NCBI GenBank assembly: GCA_021786315.1
Contig: JAJYNN010000003.1
Coordinates: 67,360-131,359, forward strand
Length of the DNA: 64,000 bases
Source of the DNA: a bacterium
GTDB taxonomy: Bacteria > Patescibacteriota > Microgenomatia > Daviesbacterales > UBA10151
Reading direction: 5' to 3'
A program made the translations under genes and the position numbers. Position 1 is the first letter of the stretch, and each line of letters starts with the position of its first letter. A model generated the notes under the pieces. That model saw only the letters and a list, made by a program, of their open reading frames with translations. It made no database searches and had not been told where the DNA came from. Positions 19,721 through 28,231 of the stretch are shown piece after piece.

Positions 19721-20495
19721 TTACTTCTCCTTCTTCTTCTTTCGGTGTATCGGCGTCTCGGTGTGTCTGTGTGTCAGAACTCTCTTCTTCGCTGACATTC
19801 TGATGCTCTGATGCTCCGACACTCTGTTCTTCTTCCTCCTCAATCTTTTCTTCCGGTGGAGGAGTATAGCCTTTGATTCTTCCCAGTTTAGTAATTTCCA
19901 CCAAAGATCCTACCGGTCCGGGAACTCCGCCTTTGACCACTAATAAATTATTCTTTTTATCCACAGTAACCACTTCCAGATTCTTCACTGAGACGGTATC
20001 AAAACCATAGTGTCCGGCCATTCTCTTACCCTTGTAAACCCGTCCCGGGGTAGTCCCTGACCCTAAAGATCCGGGAGCGCGGTGCCTGTCTGACTGGCCG
20101 TGGGTTTTCGGGCCACCGGCAAAGTTATAACGCTTGACCCCGCCGGCAAAACCCCGACCCTTGGAAACACCAGCAACTTTAACGGCATCACCTTTAGAAA
20201 AGACATCGCCAACGTGGAGTTCTCTTCCTAAGTCCTCCACCTTGCCGGTTACTTCTCTAAAAAACCGGAGCTTTTGATCTACTCCGGCCTTCTTAGCGTG
20301 TCCCACTTGAGGTTTCTTAACTGATTTTTTAGTGGAAAAACCAAGCTGGGTTGCTTCATATCCATCTTTATCCTTGTTTTTAATTTGGGTAACAAAGTTG
20401 GGCCCAACTTCCAAAATTGTAGCGCCAACACGGCGCCCACGGGCATCGTAGGTTGAAGTCATATTTTTCTTAATTCCTAATAATGTATTAACCAT
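19707..20495 (-). CDS. rplC: 50S ribosomal protein L3 with ~55-aa acidic C-terminal extension
   Basis: Start set at the ATG at 20495 (MVNTLLGIKKNMTSTYDARGRRVGATILEV), which aligns with canonical L3 N-termini. The ORF-track GTG at 20588 would add 31 unmatched residues. The C-terminal tail contains the repeat element at 19751-19826. Confidence 0.9.
   Translation of the reverse strand: MVNTLLGIKKNMTSTYDARGRRVGATILEVGPNFVTQIKNKDKDGYEATQLGFSTKKSVKKPQVGHAKKAGVDQKLRFFREVTGKVEDLGRELHVGDVFSKGDAVKVAGVSKGRGFAGGVKRYNFAGGPKTHGQSDRHRAPGSLGSGTTPGRVYKGKRMAGHYGFDTVSVKNLEVVTVDKKNNLLVVKGGVPGPVGSLVEITKLGRIKGYTPPPEEKIEEEEEQSVGASEHQNVSEEESSDTQTHRDADTPKEEEGEVNAES
19751..19826. repeat. In-frame palindromic repeat element, copy in the rplC C-terminus
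   Basis: cggcgtctcggtgtgtctgtgtgtcagaa...ttctgatgctctgatgctccgacactctg. It shares the 11-mer cggcgtctcgg and the tgtc/ctgat core with the map copy. Confidence 0.6.
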
Positions 20496-20504
20496 ATTTT
20501 TTGC

Positions 20505-20762
20505 CAAGAAAAAGAGTGAGTCCTTCGATAAACTCAGGATCTCACTCAGTAATTGTGCTTTCAATTGTCGTATCCTTTTGGGACGCACAATCTACTGAAA
20601 TTTTTCTTTTGTTAAATCAAACAAATACCATTTGCATGGCCTGTAGGAATTCTAGCACAACTTGAGGCTAAAATGCAATAGTTTGAATCTAGGGATAAAA
20701 ACTAAGAACCTATTGTCTTTAGACCGAAGGTCGCAAGATAGTTGATTGCCGAGAAGCTAAGA
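20505..20762 (-). promoter_or_regulatory. Unusually long (267 nt) rpsJ-rplC intergenic leader with a hairpin and U-run just before rplC
   Basis: On the mRNA strand, gagtgagatcctgagtttatcgaaggactcactc (7+4 bp stem) is followed by tttttcttggcaaaaaatATG. In other bacteria these two genes are adjacent. Confidence 0.35.
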
Positions 20763-21071
20763 TTACATCTTAACTTCAATATCAACACCAGCTGGGAGCT
20801 CAAGGTGCATCAATGAATCAATTGTTTTGTCCGTAGGTTCGACAATTTCCACCAATCTTTTGTGGGTTTTGATTTCAAAAGCTTCCTGGGAATCTTTGTC
20901 TGTGTGAGGGGATCTTAAAACGGTAAATCTTTCGGATTTGGTAGGAAGTGGCACAGGACCAACAATTTTAGCGCCGGTTCGAAGCGCAGCATCCAAAAGC
21001 TGCTCGGTAGCGCCGTCTAAGACTCTATGGTCGTAACTTTTTAATTTGACTCTAATACGTCCTTTTGCCAT
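20763..21071 (-). CDS. rpsJ: 30S ribosomal protein S10
   Basis: RIRVKLKSYDHRVLD...LRSPHTDKDSQEAFEIKTHKRLVEI is typical uS10. Confidence 0.95.
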   Translation of the reverse strand: MAKGRIRVKLKSYDHRVLDGATEQLLDAALRTGAKIVGPVPLPTKSERFTVLRSPHTDKDSQEAFEIKTHKRLVEIVEPTDKTIDSLMHLELPAGVDIEVKM

Positions 21072-21121
21072 CTTTTCCTTTCAAAGTGCAACCTATTGTA
21101 TCACAACACTCTCTTGAGTAC

Positions 21122-21146
21122 AAAAAAGAGGCCTCAGCCTCTTCTT
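21122..21146 (-). terminator. Rho-independent terminator downstream of tuf
   Basis: On the minus strand, a GAGGC-TGAG-GCCTC hairpin is followed by TTTTTTG. Confidence 0.6.
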
Positions 21147-21147
21147 G

Positions 21148-21172
21148 ATTCCTAAATCTTAAATCCTAAATC
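21148..21172. repeat. ATTCCTAAATCTTAAATCCTAAATC motif directly 3' of the tuf stop
   Basis: Single-arm copy of the GATTTAGGAAT family, followed by the GC hairpin terminator. Confidence 0.4.
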
Positions 21173-22353
21173 TATTTAATGATTTTAGTAATAGCTCCAG
21201 CTCCAACTGTCTTTCCACCTTCACGGATAGCGAATCTCAAACCCTCTTCCATAGCAACCGGAGTGATTAACTTTCCAGTAATATGAACAGTGTCTCCTGG
21301 CATAGCCATCTCAACACCCTCAGGAAGTTGGACTTCACCGGTCACATCAGTTGTTCTGACATAGAACTGTGGTCTGTATCCCTTGAAGAATGGGGTGTGT
21401 CTTCCACCCTCTTCTTTAGAAAGGATGTAAACTTCAGCTTCAAACTCAGAGTGAGGAGTAATAGAACCCGGCTTGGCTAATACCTGGCCACGCTCGACAT
21501 CGTTCTTTTCAATACCCCGGAGCAGGATTCCGGCGTTGTCTCCAGCTTGACCCTCATCAAGCATTTTGTGGAACATCTCGATACCGGTAACCACAGTTTT
21601 CTTGGTTGGGCGGATACCGACTATTTCAACTTCTTCATTAACCTTAACTTTACCTCTTTCGATTCTTCCGGTAACCACGGTTCCCCGACCCTTGATAGAA
21701 AAGACATCCTCAACAGCCATCAAAAACGGCTTATCAACATCCCTTTGAGGAGTTGGAATCCATTCGTCAACAGCCTTCATTAATTCCTCAATGGATTTGA
21801 CTGCCTCAGGATCACCGTTTAGAGCCTTCAAAGCACTTCCGCGGATGATTGGAGTGTGATCTCCGTCATATTCATATTTCTTAAGTAAATCGCGGATTTC
21901 CTCTTCCACTAAGTCCAAAAGCTCCGGATCAGAAACCTGGTCAACTTTGTTCATGTAGACCACAATAGCCGGAACACCAACCTGGCGGGCCAAGAGTAAA
22001 TGCTCGCGGGTTTGAGGCATCGGTCCATCCGGAGCGGAAACTACCAAGATAGCACCATCAGCTTGAGCAGCACCGGTAATCATGTTCTTGATATAGTCGG
22101 CGTGACCCGGCATATCGATGTGGGCATAGTGACGATTTTCAGTTTCGTATTCTTGGTGGGAAATGTTAATGGTAATTCCACGGGCTTTTTCTTCAGGGGC
22201 GTTATCGATTTGGTCAACAGATCTTTTCTCGGCTAAACCTTTGTTAGCTAAAACGTTAGTGATAGCTGCGGTCAAGGTAGTTTTTCCATGGTCGACGTGA
22301 CCCATGGTTCCAATATTGACGTGTGGTTTTGTTCTTTGATATGTACCTGCCAT
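21172..22353 (-). CDS. tuf: Elongation factor Tu
   Basis: [23 protein letters not shown]-type motifs, 393 aa. Unmistakable EF-Tu. Confidence 0.97.
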   Translation of the reverse strand: MAGTYQRTKPHVNIGTMGHVDHGKTTLTAAITNVLANKGLAEKRSVDQIDNAPEEKARGITINISHQEYETENRHYAHIDMPGHADYIKNMITGAAQADGAILVVSAPDGPMPQTREHLLLARQVGVPAIVVYMNKVDQVSDPELLDLVEEEIRDLLKKYEYDGDHTPIIRGSALKALNGDPEAVKSIEELMKAVDEWIPTPQRDVDKPFLMAVEDVFSIKGRGTVVTGRIERGKVKVNEEVEIVGIRPTKKTVVTGIEMFHKMLDEGQAGDNAGILLRGIEKNDVERGQVLAKPGSITPHSEFEAEVYILSKEEGGRHTPFFKGYRPQFYVRTTDVTGEVQLPEGVEMAMPGDTVHITGKLITPVAMEEGLRFAIREGGKTVGAGAITKIIK

Positions 22354-22587
22354 ATATTTAAATTAGACTTAAGAATTATTACAAATATTTTTAAGATTTG
22401 CAATACTTCTCTTTGAAGGCCTGTGGGCCTAAAAATCCAGCTTGCTCAGCTGGGTAAAAGTAATATACACAATCTTTTTAAATTATGCAAGAGGGAAATT
22501 TAGCTTTGAAAACCTCTCTAAACTTGAAAAATTGGCCAATTTGTGCTATCCTATCCTCCTCTGTAAAAAGAGGAGAAGGGAGAGAAG

Positions 22588-24009
22588 ATGAGCGAACGAC
22601 TCACTTCCATCTCAATCTCAACTGCCAGCGCACCTACAATAAGGTTAAGTGCACCCAGCACAATGCCAAGCGTAGGAGGCAGAGCATTCTCCCCTAACTT
22701 TCTTTCCCATACCCAAGTATTAGCTCGACCTGCACCCAAACCCGATTTCCTGAAGATGCCTAAGGTAGAAGTAGTCAAAGCTCCTTCTTCAGACCAAAGA
22801 ATATCTCAAGCAGAAGCGTTTAACCCGAACAATAAGATTCTCTGGCAAGCTCCAAAACCGGAAATCGGAGGCCAGAAACCAGAGAGCAAACCAAGCGTCT
22901 CTACATTTAAAGCTGAAAAAACTCCTGCCGCTCAACCTTCGAAGGAACAGCCCAAGGCAGTTGAAGCTAAACCAAAGCCCCCAGTTCAACCAGAAAAACC
23001 CAAAGCCGAGGCTCCCAAAATTGAGACCAAAGATATCACTAAACCAAAAGTTGTTACCCGAAGGGAAGAAGCTAAAACCCAACCCTTAGCCCAAACTTTA
23101 GCCCAGGAGTTAGCGCCGGGGGTACAAAAACCGGACTTTAAACGGCTGGAAAGGGCCGTAAAAGCCACGGAAAAGCCGGTTTCGGTCCTCAAACAAGAGG
23201 TTGAAGAAGTGGCCAAAGCAATCAATGTACCAAAGCCAAAGGAACAACCGGAGGCTAAACCACTGCAGCTTCCAATCTCTCCGGCACTCAAACCGGAAAC
23301 CCAAAGAGCAACCCAAACCCAACCGGAATTAAGTCCGGATCTAAAACAAGCCTTAAAAACCTACGAGTTACTTGCAGCAGCCTTAATTAAGACACAAGTT
23401 GCGCCGGAAGCAGCCCAAAAACAAGCCGCAATTATAGTCTCCCAGGCAATCAGGCCGGAACTCAAAGAACAGTTTTTAACCTCTCTTCAACAAAAACCTG
23501 AGGCCAAGGAAAGGCAACAAGAGGCAAAAGAGAGAGATGAAATTATCAGATTCTATATCGAAAGGGATCCGGAAACAGACAACAGGCGGGTGAAAGCCGC
23601 AATCCAGGCTCTGATAGAGAACTTCCAACCGGGTGAAATACTATCCGGAACAAAGGTCGCCGATAGGATCACATCTAATCTTTTATCAAAAGAACAGCTC
23701 AGCCCAATAATCAGGCCTATCCATCCCTTTGACGGCTTACTGGAAGATTTCCAGACATTTATCCGAAGGTCGGAATTTAGAACTTTGGAGGAAGGATACC
23801 AAAGAATAGATCTGGCCAGCAAACTTTTCCCTGCGGCCCGATTTAATACCCAAGTCACGACCGAGGGGCTCCATCGGGAAAAGGCGTACCGGATTTACTA
23901 CGGAAACATTGATTATGTCTGGGTGGACGGCTGGGGAGTTTGCAGATTTGAACCTGCTGCCGAATCAAGGGAAAAACCCAACCTGTTTGGAACTCTCCAC
24001 AAAGACTAA
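22588..24009 (+). CDS. Hypothetical protein: ~300-aa Pro/Lys/Glu/Ala/Gln-rich low-complexity N-terminal region plus a ~170-aa C-terminal globular domain
   Basis: It is the only long ORF in this interval. Strong SD GAGGAGAAGGGAGAG before the ATG, and a putative promoter TTGAAA-17-TATCCT upstream. It is convergent with fusA, with a 4-nt gap. I recognise no domain. Confidence 0.6.
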   Translation: MSERLTSISISTASAPTIRLSAPSTMPSVGGRAFSPNFLSHTQVLARPAPKPDFLKMPKVEVVKAPSSDQRISQAEAFNPNNKILWQAPKPEIGGQKPESKPSVSTFKAEKTPAAQPSKEQPKAVEAKPKPPVQPEKPKAEAPKIETKDITKPKVVTRREEAKTQPLAQTLAQELAPGVQKPDFKRLERAVKATEKPVSVLKQEVEEVAKAINVPKPKEQPEAKPLQLPISPALKPETQRATQTQPELSPDLKQALKTYELLAAALIKTQVAPEAAQKQAAIIVSQAIRPELKEQFLTSLQQKPEAKERQQEAKERDEIIRFYIERDPETDNRRVKAAIQALIENFQPGEILSGTKVADRITSNLLSKEQLSPIIRPIHPFDGLLEDFQTFIRRSEFRTLEEGYQRIDLASKLFPAARFNTQVTTEGLHREKAYRIYYGNIDYVWVDGWGVCRFEPAAESREKPNLFGTLHKD

Positions 24010-24013
24010 GGAG

Positions 24014-26152
24014 TTAATGTTCAACACGGCCGGTAAAACCGGAGGAAGCAACAATTTTCGCAGCTATATTTGAAGGAACCTCTTCGTAGTGGTCAGCCTC
24101 CATATAGTAAGTAGCGCGGCCTTGGGACATAGACCTGATAGTGGTAGCGTAACCGCCCATTTCTGCTAAAGGCACATAGGCCAAAACTACCCGGGCGTTA
24201 CCGCGCATCTCAGTTGATTGGATCTGAGCGCGTTTTGAAGAAAGGTCGGCGATAATATCACCCAAAAAGTCTTCCGGAGTGGTGACCTCCACCTTCATGA
24301 TTGGCTCAAGCAGAACCAATCCGGCCTTTTGGGCAGCGTCAGTCAAACCTAGAGATCCGGCAATCTTAAAGGCGATTTCCGAAGAATCCACCTCGTGGAA
24401 TGACCCGTCATAAACTACCACCCGGATATCAGTCACCGGATAACCGGCCAAAATACCGGTATCCTCTTTTTCGATCACACCCTTTTCAATTGGAGTAATA
24501 AATTCCCGGGGGATTGCACCACCAACAATCTCCGAAGCAAATTCCCGACCCTGGCCACGGGGTAAGGGCTCGATGCGAAGCAAACAGTGACCGTATTGAC
24601 CGCGACCTCCGGTTTGGCGGATATACTTTCCTTCTCCGCTGGCAGTCTGGGAAATAGTCTCCCGGTAAGCTACCTGCGGCTGACCAACATTGGCTTCCAC
24701 TTTAAATTCCCGGCGCATCCGGTCAACCAAAACCTCAAGCTGAAGTTCACCCATACCGGCAATAATGGTTTGGCCGGTATCAGCATCAGTTTTTACCCTG
24801 AATGTTGGATCCTCTTCTGAAAGTCTGGACAAAGCTAAACCTAATTTTTCCTGGTCAGACTTGGTCTTGGGTTCAATAGCCAAGGAAATAACCGGTTCCG
24901 GGAAGTTAATGGATTCCAAAGTGATTGGGTTGCCCTCGTCACACAAGGTATTGCCGGTGATAGTGTCCTTCAAACCGACAGCAGCCACAATCTCTCCGGC
25001 GTAGGCTTCCTCAATATCCTCCCGCTCATTAGCGTGCATTAACACCAAACGGCCGATTCTTTCCTTGATATCCTTGGTGGAGTTGTAAACATAGGAACCG
25101 GACTTTAAGACTCCGGAATAAACCCGGATGTAGGTTAATTTACCAACGTGAGGATCGACCTGGATCTTAAAAGCCAAGGCGGACATCGGGGCCTCAGGTA
25201 CAGCTTTCCTGACCTCTTCCTGGCCGGTTTTGGGATTGGTACCGACAAACTCGGCAATATCCTGCGGGGATGGTAAAAATTCCACTACTGCATCAAGCAT
25301 TGGCTGGACACCCTTATTGCGAAGTGAAGACCCGGCCAAAACCGGAACAATCTTGTTATCGATAACTGCTTTCCTTAAGGCCTTCTTTAATTCCTCAATA
25401 CTGATCTCTTCCCCATTTAAGTATTTTTCCATTAGGGAATCGTCAGTTCCGGCAATTTCTTCCACTAATTTTTCGCGGTGGATTTTGACATCTTCAACCA
25501 TATCAGCCGGAATCTCTTCTTCCACGAACTTGGCTCCGGTTTCATCACCCTGCCAGACAAAGGCTTTCTGGGTTAAAAGGTCAACTACACCCTTAAAATC
25601 ATTCTCTCTTCCAATCGGCAGGTTGTAAGGCAAGGCGTTAGCCCCCAGACGCTCCCTGGCGGACTCAATTGTCCCCAAGAAGTTGGCCCCCAAGACATCC
25701 ATCTTATTGGCAAAAGCAATTAGCGGGACCTTGTACTTATTGGCCTGTCTCCAGACTGTTTCAGTTTGGGATTGGACTCCGGAAGCAGAATCCAAAACGA
25801 TAACTCCCCCGTCCAAAACCCGCAAAGACCTTTCCACTTCGGCGGTAAAATCCACGTGTCCCGGGGTGTCAATTAAGTTGATCCTGGTTTCCTGGCCTTC
25901 CATCGGACCGGTCTTGGGAGTCCAGAAGGTGGTAATAGCCGCAGAAACGATAGTAATACCGCGCTCGCGCTCCTGTTCCATCCAGTCAGTGGTGGTTGTA
26001 CCTTCATCAATATCACCGATCTTGTAAGTCCGGCCGGTGTAAAAAAGAATCCGCTCGGTTGTGGTGGTTTTACCCGCATCAATGTGGGCGATAATACCAA
26101 TGTTTCTGATTCTGTCGAGAGGAAAATCTCGTTTTGTTTTTGCAACTGCCAT
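24014..26152 (-). CDS. fusA: Elongation factor G
   Basis: [15 protein letters not shown], 712 aa. Unmistakable EF-G. Confidence 0.97.
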   Translation of the reverse strand: MAVAKTKRDFPLDRIRNIGIIAHIDAGKTTTTERILFYTGRTYKIGDIDEGTTTTDWMEQERERGITIVSAAITTFWTPKTGPMEGQETRINLIDTPGHVDFTAEVERSLRVLDGGVIVLDSASGVQSQTETVWRQANKYKVPLIAFANKMDVLGANFLGTIESARERLGANALPYNLPIGRENDFKGVVDLLTQKAFVWQGDETGAKFVEEEIPADMVEDVKIHREKLVEEIAGTDDSLMEKYLNGEEISIEELKKALRKAVIDNKIVPVLAGSSLRNKGVQPMLDAVVEFLPSPQDIAEFVGTNPKTGQEEVRKAVPEAPMSALAFKIQVDPHVGKLTYIRVYSGVLKSGSYVYNSTKDIKERIGRLVLMHANEREDIEEAYAGEIVAAVGLKDTITGNTLCDEGNPITLESINFPEPVISLAIEPKTKSDQEKLGLALSRLSEEDPTFRVKTDADTGQTIIAGMGELQLEVLVDRMRREFKVEANVGQPQVAYRETISQTASGEGKYIRQTGGRGQYGHCLLRIEPLPRGQGREFASEIVGGAIPREFITPIEKGVIEKEDTGILAGYPVTDIRVVVYDGSFHEVDSSEIAFKIAGSLGLTDAAQKAGLVLLEPIMKVEVTTPEDFLGDIIADLSSKRAQIQSTEMRGNARVVLAYVPLAEMGGYATTIRSMSQGRATYYMEADHYEEVPSNIAAKIVASSGFTGRVEH

Positions 26153-26153
26153 A

Positions 26154-26372
26154 TTATTTATCTTTCTCTAATTTTTCGATGACTTCTTTAACCTCATCAA
26201 TTCTTACCTGATAGGTCTCAGCATCCTCTTCTAAAGATTGTAGGGCTGAGTCATCACCTAAGTTGGTTCTGGCTTCTTCATCTCTTTGCTGCAAGATAGA
26301 CTTATGCTCACTAATGAGTTTTTTGAGTTTTTCTTGCCACATTTTCAGTTTTTCTTGATTTATTTTGTTCAT
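26154..26372 (-). CDS. Small (72 aa) Lys/Glu-rich coiled-coil protein, translationally coupled to fusA
   Basis: Its stop codon lies 1 nt before the fusA ATG (TAAtATG). A terminator sits upstream, so it heads the fusA transcript. No recognisable family. Confidence 0.5.
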   Translation of the reverse strand: MNKINQEKLKMWQEKLKKLISEHKSILQQRDEEARTNLGDDSALQSLEEDAETYQVRIDEVKEVIEKLEKDK

Positions 26373-26410
26373 TGTTTAAATATCCTCTTTCGGTTTCCAT
26401 AGCTAGCACT

Positions 26411-26433
26411 TAAAAAGCCTCCTTCGGGAGGCC
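26411..26433 (-). terminator. Rho-independent terminator after the 236-aa hypothetical gene
   Basis: On the minus strand, a GCCTCC-CGAA-GGAGGC hairpin is followed by TTTTTAAG. Confidence 0.55.
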
Positions 26434-26509
26434 GTCAACATGTCAATATTACCCAAGATCACGCTTAAAGTCAACACAAACTTCTGATCTGTGACATTGA
26501 AATTTATGC

Positions 26510-27220
26510 TTACCCCTCGGGAGAATTTCGATCCAGGCAAATTTTCATAACTTTGGTGGGCACTTGAGGCAGGTAATTATATGCTCCACCGCTCTTTAGG
26601 CGATAGCCGTTAATAATCCCCTTAGCCTTTTTCTCAACTTTTTCCGGAGAAAATCCCGCAGCTTCGATCTTTGTCCGGAAAACAGATTCCCCCCGGACTA
26701 AGGCCATCACAAACCCCCAATAGATTTTATGCTGCTCCTCCGTCATATAGGAATCAATCCTCTGGACACTCTCACACGTTTCCATAGCATACCTTATTAA
26801 GCCGTTATGGTTGATCTGTTTTCTGGAGATACTTAGTCTTTCCGGCTGTTCCTCCGGCTTTTTCTCTTTTTGAGCCTCTTTTAAGCCTTTGGTTTCCGGC
26901 ACCGCCGCCTCCGGGTCAAAATAATCCCGGAGCATCCAACAACCAATTACTTTTGCTTCATCCAGCTCAGCCTCCGAGAGCCCTGCTTTTTTCACTTCCT
27001 TCATCGCCAAATTAAGTTGGGATTCCTTGGATTCCGGATCACGCAACGTAAAATAGTAGGCAAAAGTAAATTCCCGGGAGACCGCTTTAACAGGATCGGG
27101 AACATCTAAAATAGATAGTTTTGCCCGGGTATAATTTTTTAACTTCCCAAACGGCTCCTCCAACTTGTGGTTAGCATAAACAGAGGCATCAACAGGTAAT
27201 TTGGGCAGTTGTTCCGTCAT
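26510..27220 (-). CDS. Hypothetical protein (236 aa) sitting between rpsG and fusA
   Basis: Intact ORF immediately downstream of rpsG (30-nt gap). Mixed alpha-helical sequence. No recognisable domain. Confidence 0.6.
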   Translation of the reverse strand: MTEQLPKLPVDASVYANHKLEEPFGKLKNYTRAKLSILDVPDPVKAVSREFTFAYYFTLRDPESKESQLNLAMKEVKKAGLSEAELDEAKVIGCWMLRDYFDPEAAVPETKGLKEAQKEKKPEEQPERLSISRKQINHNGLIRYAMETCESVQRIDSYMTEEQHKIYWGFVMALVRGESVFRTKIEAAGFSPEKVEKKAKGIINGYRLKSGGAYNYLPQVPTKVMKICLDRNSPEG

Positions 27221-27250
27221 AAATAGAAATTAAAAGAAGCAGGCGAAGAG

Positions 27251-27730
27251 TTAAAACCTAAAGTGAGCGAAAGCCTTGTTGGCTTCAGCAGCACGTAAGG
27301 TATCTTCTTTCTTCTTAATAGCTACACCTTTACCTTCAGCAGCTTCCATCAACTCTGCAGCCAGTTTACTGGCAAAACTATGGAATTCTTTATTAGAACG
27401 CTTTCTGGCACCCTCAATAATCCAGCGGATAGCCAAAGCTTCTTTTCTGTCTCCCCGGACTTCAACCGGAATCTGGTAAGAAGCTCCCCCAATCCTTCTT
27501 GGGCGGACTTCCATCTTCGGGGAAACGTTGGAAATAGCGGTCTCAAAAATACCTAAAGGACTCTTACCGGTAGTTTTTTCAATCTCTTCCATAGCTTTGT
27601 AGATTAGAGATTGGGCAACGGTCTTTTTGCCGTCAACCATTACCCGGTTGATGAACCTGGTCAAAAGCCGGGAATTGTAAATTGCATCCGGTTCCAAAAC
27701 TCTTCTTTGAACTCTTCCTGATCTTGGCAT
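27251..27730 (-). CDS. rpsG: 30S ribosomal protein S7
   Basis: MPRSGRVQRRVLEPDAIYNSRLLTRFINRVMVDGKKTVAQ is typical uS7. Confidence 0.95.
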   Translation of the reverse strand: MPRSGRVQRRVLEPDAIYNSRLLTRFINRVMVDGKKTVAQSLIYKAMEEIEKTTGKSPLGIFETAISNVSPKMEVRPRRIGGASYQIPVEVRGDRKEALAIRWIIEGARKRSNKEFHSFASKLAAELMEAAEGKGVAIKKKEDTLRAAEANKAFAHFRF

Positions 27731-27738
27731 AATTATTA

Positions 27739-27792
27739 GTGACTAGTGGCTAGGTTTTAGAGTCTAGACTCTTGACTCTAGCGACTTGACTC
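27739..27792. repeat. CTAGAGTC-type palindromic repeat in the rpsL-rpsG intergenic region
   Basis: gtgactagtggctaggttttagagtctagactcttgactctagcgacttgactc. Contains the perfect palindrome gagtctagactc. Shares agtggctag and actcttgactctag with 18962-19065. Confidence 0.4.
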
Positions 27793-27797
27793 TCCTT

Positions 27798-28223
27798 TCA
27801 AGCTTTCGCTCCTCCTGAAGGCCTCTTGGCCCCGTATTTTGATCTACTGGATTTTCTATTGGCCACCCCGCCCATATCTAATTTTCCTCGGATAATGTGA
27901 TATTTTACACCCGGTAAATCCTTAACCCTGCCGCCGCGAACCATGACAATTCCGTGTTCAGCCAAATCGTGGCCGATACCCTGGATATAAGCAGTCACCT
28001 CAGTCTTATTGGACAATCTGACCCTGGCCACCTTCCGCAAAGCGGAATTTGGTTTTTTCGGGGTCATAGTTTTGACCAAAGTGACCACTCCCCGCTTTTG
28101 GGGGCTGGAAGTTGGCGTATATTTTCTGTCTAAGGCGTTAAAACTGCGTCGCAGTGCGGTTGCTTTAACCTTTTTGCTGACAGTTTTGCGGCCGTGTCTT
28201 ACAAGTTGACTAATTGTAGGCAT
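27798..28223 (-). CDS. rpsL: 30S ribosomal protein S12
   Basis: [18 protein letters not shown]...[16 protein letters not shown] is typical uS12. Confidence 0.95.
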   Translation of the reverse strand: MPTISQLVRHGRKTVSKKVKATALRRSFNALDRKYTPTSSPQKRGVVTLVKTMTPKKPNSALRKVARVRLSNKTEVTAYIQGIGHDLAEHGIVMVRGGRVKDLPGVKYHIIRGKLDMGGVANRKSSRSKYGAKRPSGGAKA

Positions 28224-28231
28224 ACAAACTC

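Noticed and set aside
9229-19826. Whether the ctctgat repeats could be a CRISPR array or a tandem microsatellite
   Set aside because: The copies are dispersed over 14 kb inside four different ORFs, are not regularly spaced, and have no leader or cas genes. They are interspersed palindromic elements, not CRISPR repeats.
20496-20588. N-terminal extension of rplC from a GTG at 20588 (ORF-track start)
   Set aside because: It has no RBS, the extra 31 residues have no counterpart in L3, and the region folds into a hairpin with a U-run. The ATG at 20495 aligns with canonical L3 N-termini.
22354-22587. Possible tRNA genes in the tuf-upstream spacer (tRNAs often precede tuf) and in other large spacers (35430-35673, 42367-42653)
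   Set aside because: I found no cloverleaf-compatible segments with a GTTCRANYC T-loop or conserved D-loop. The hairpins present are simple stem-loops.
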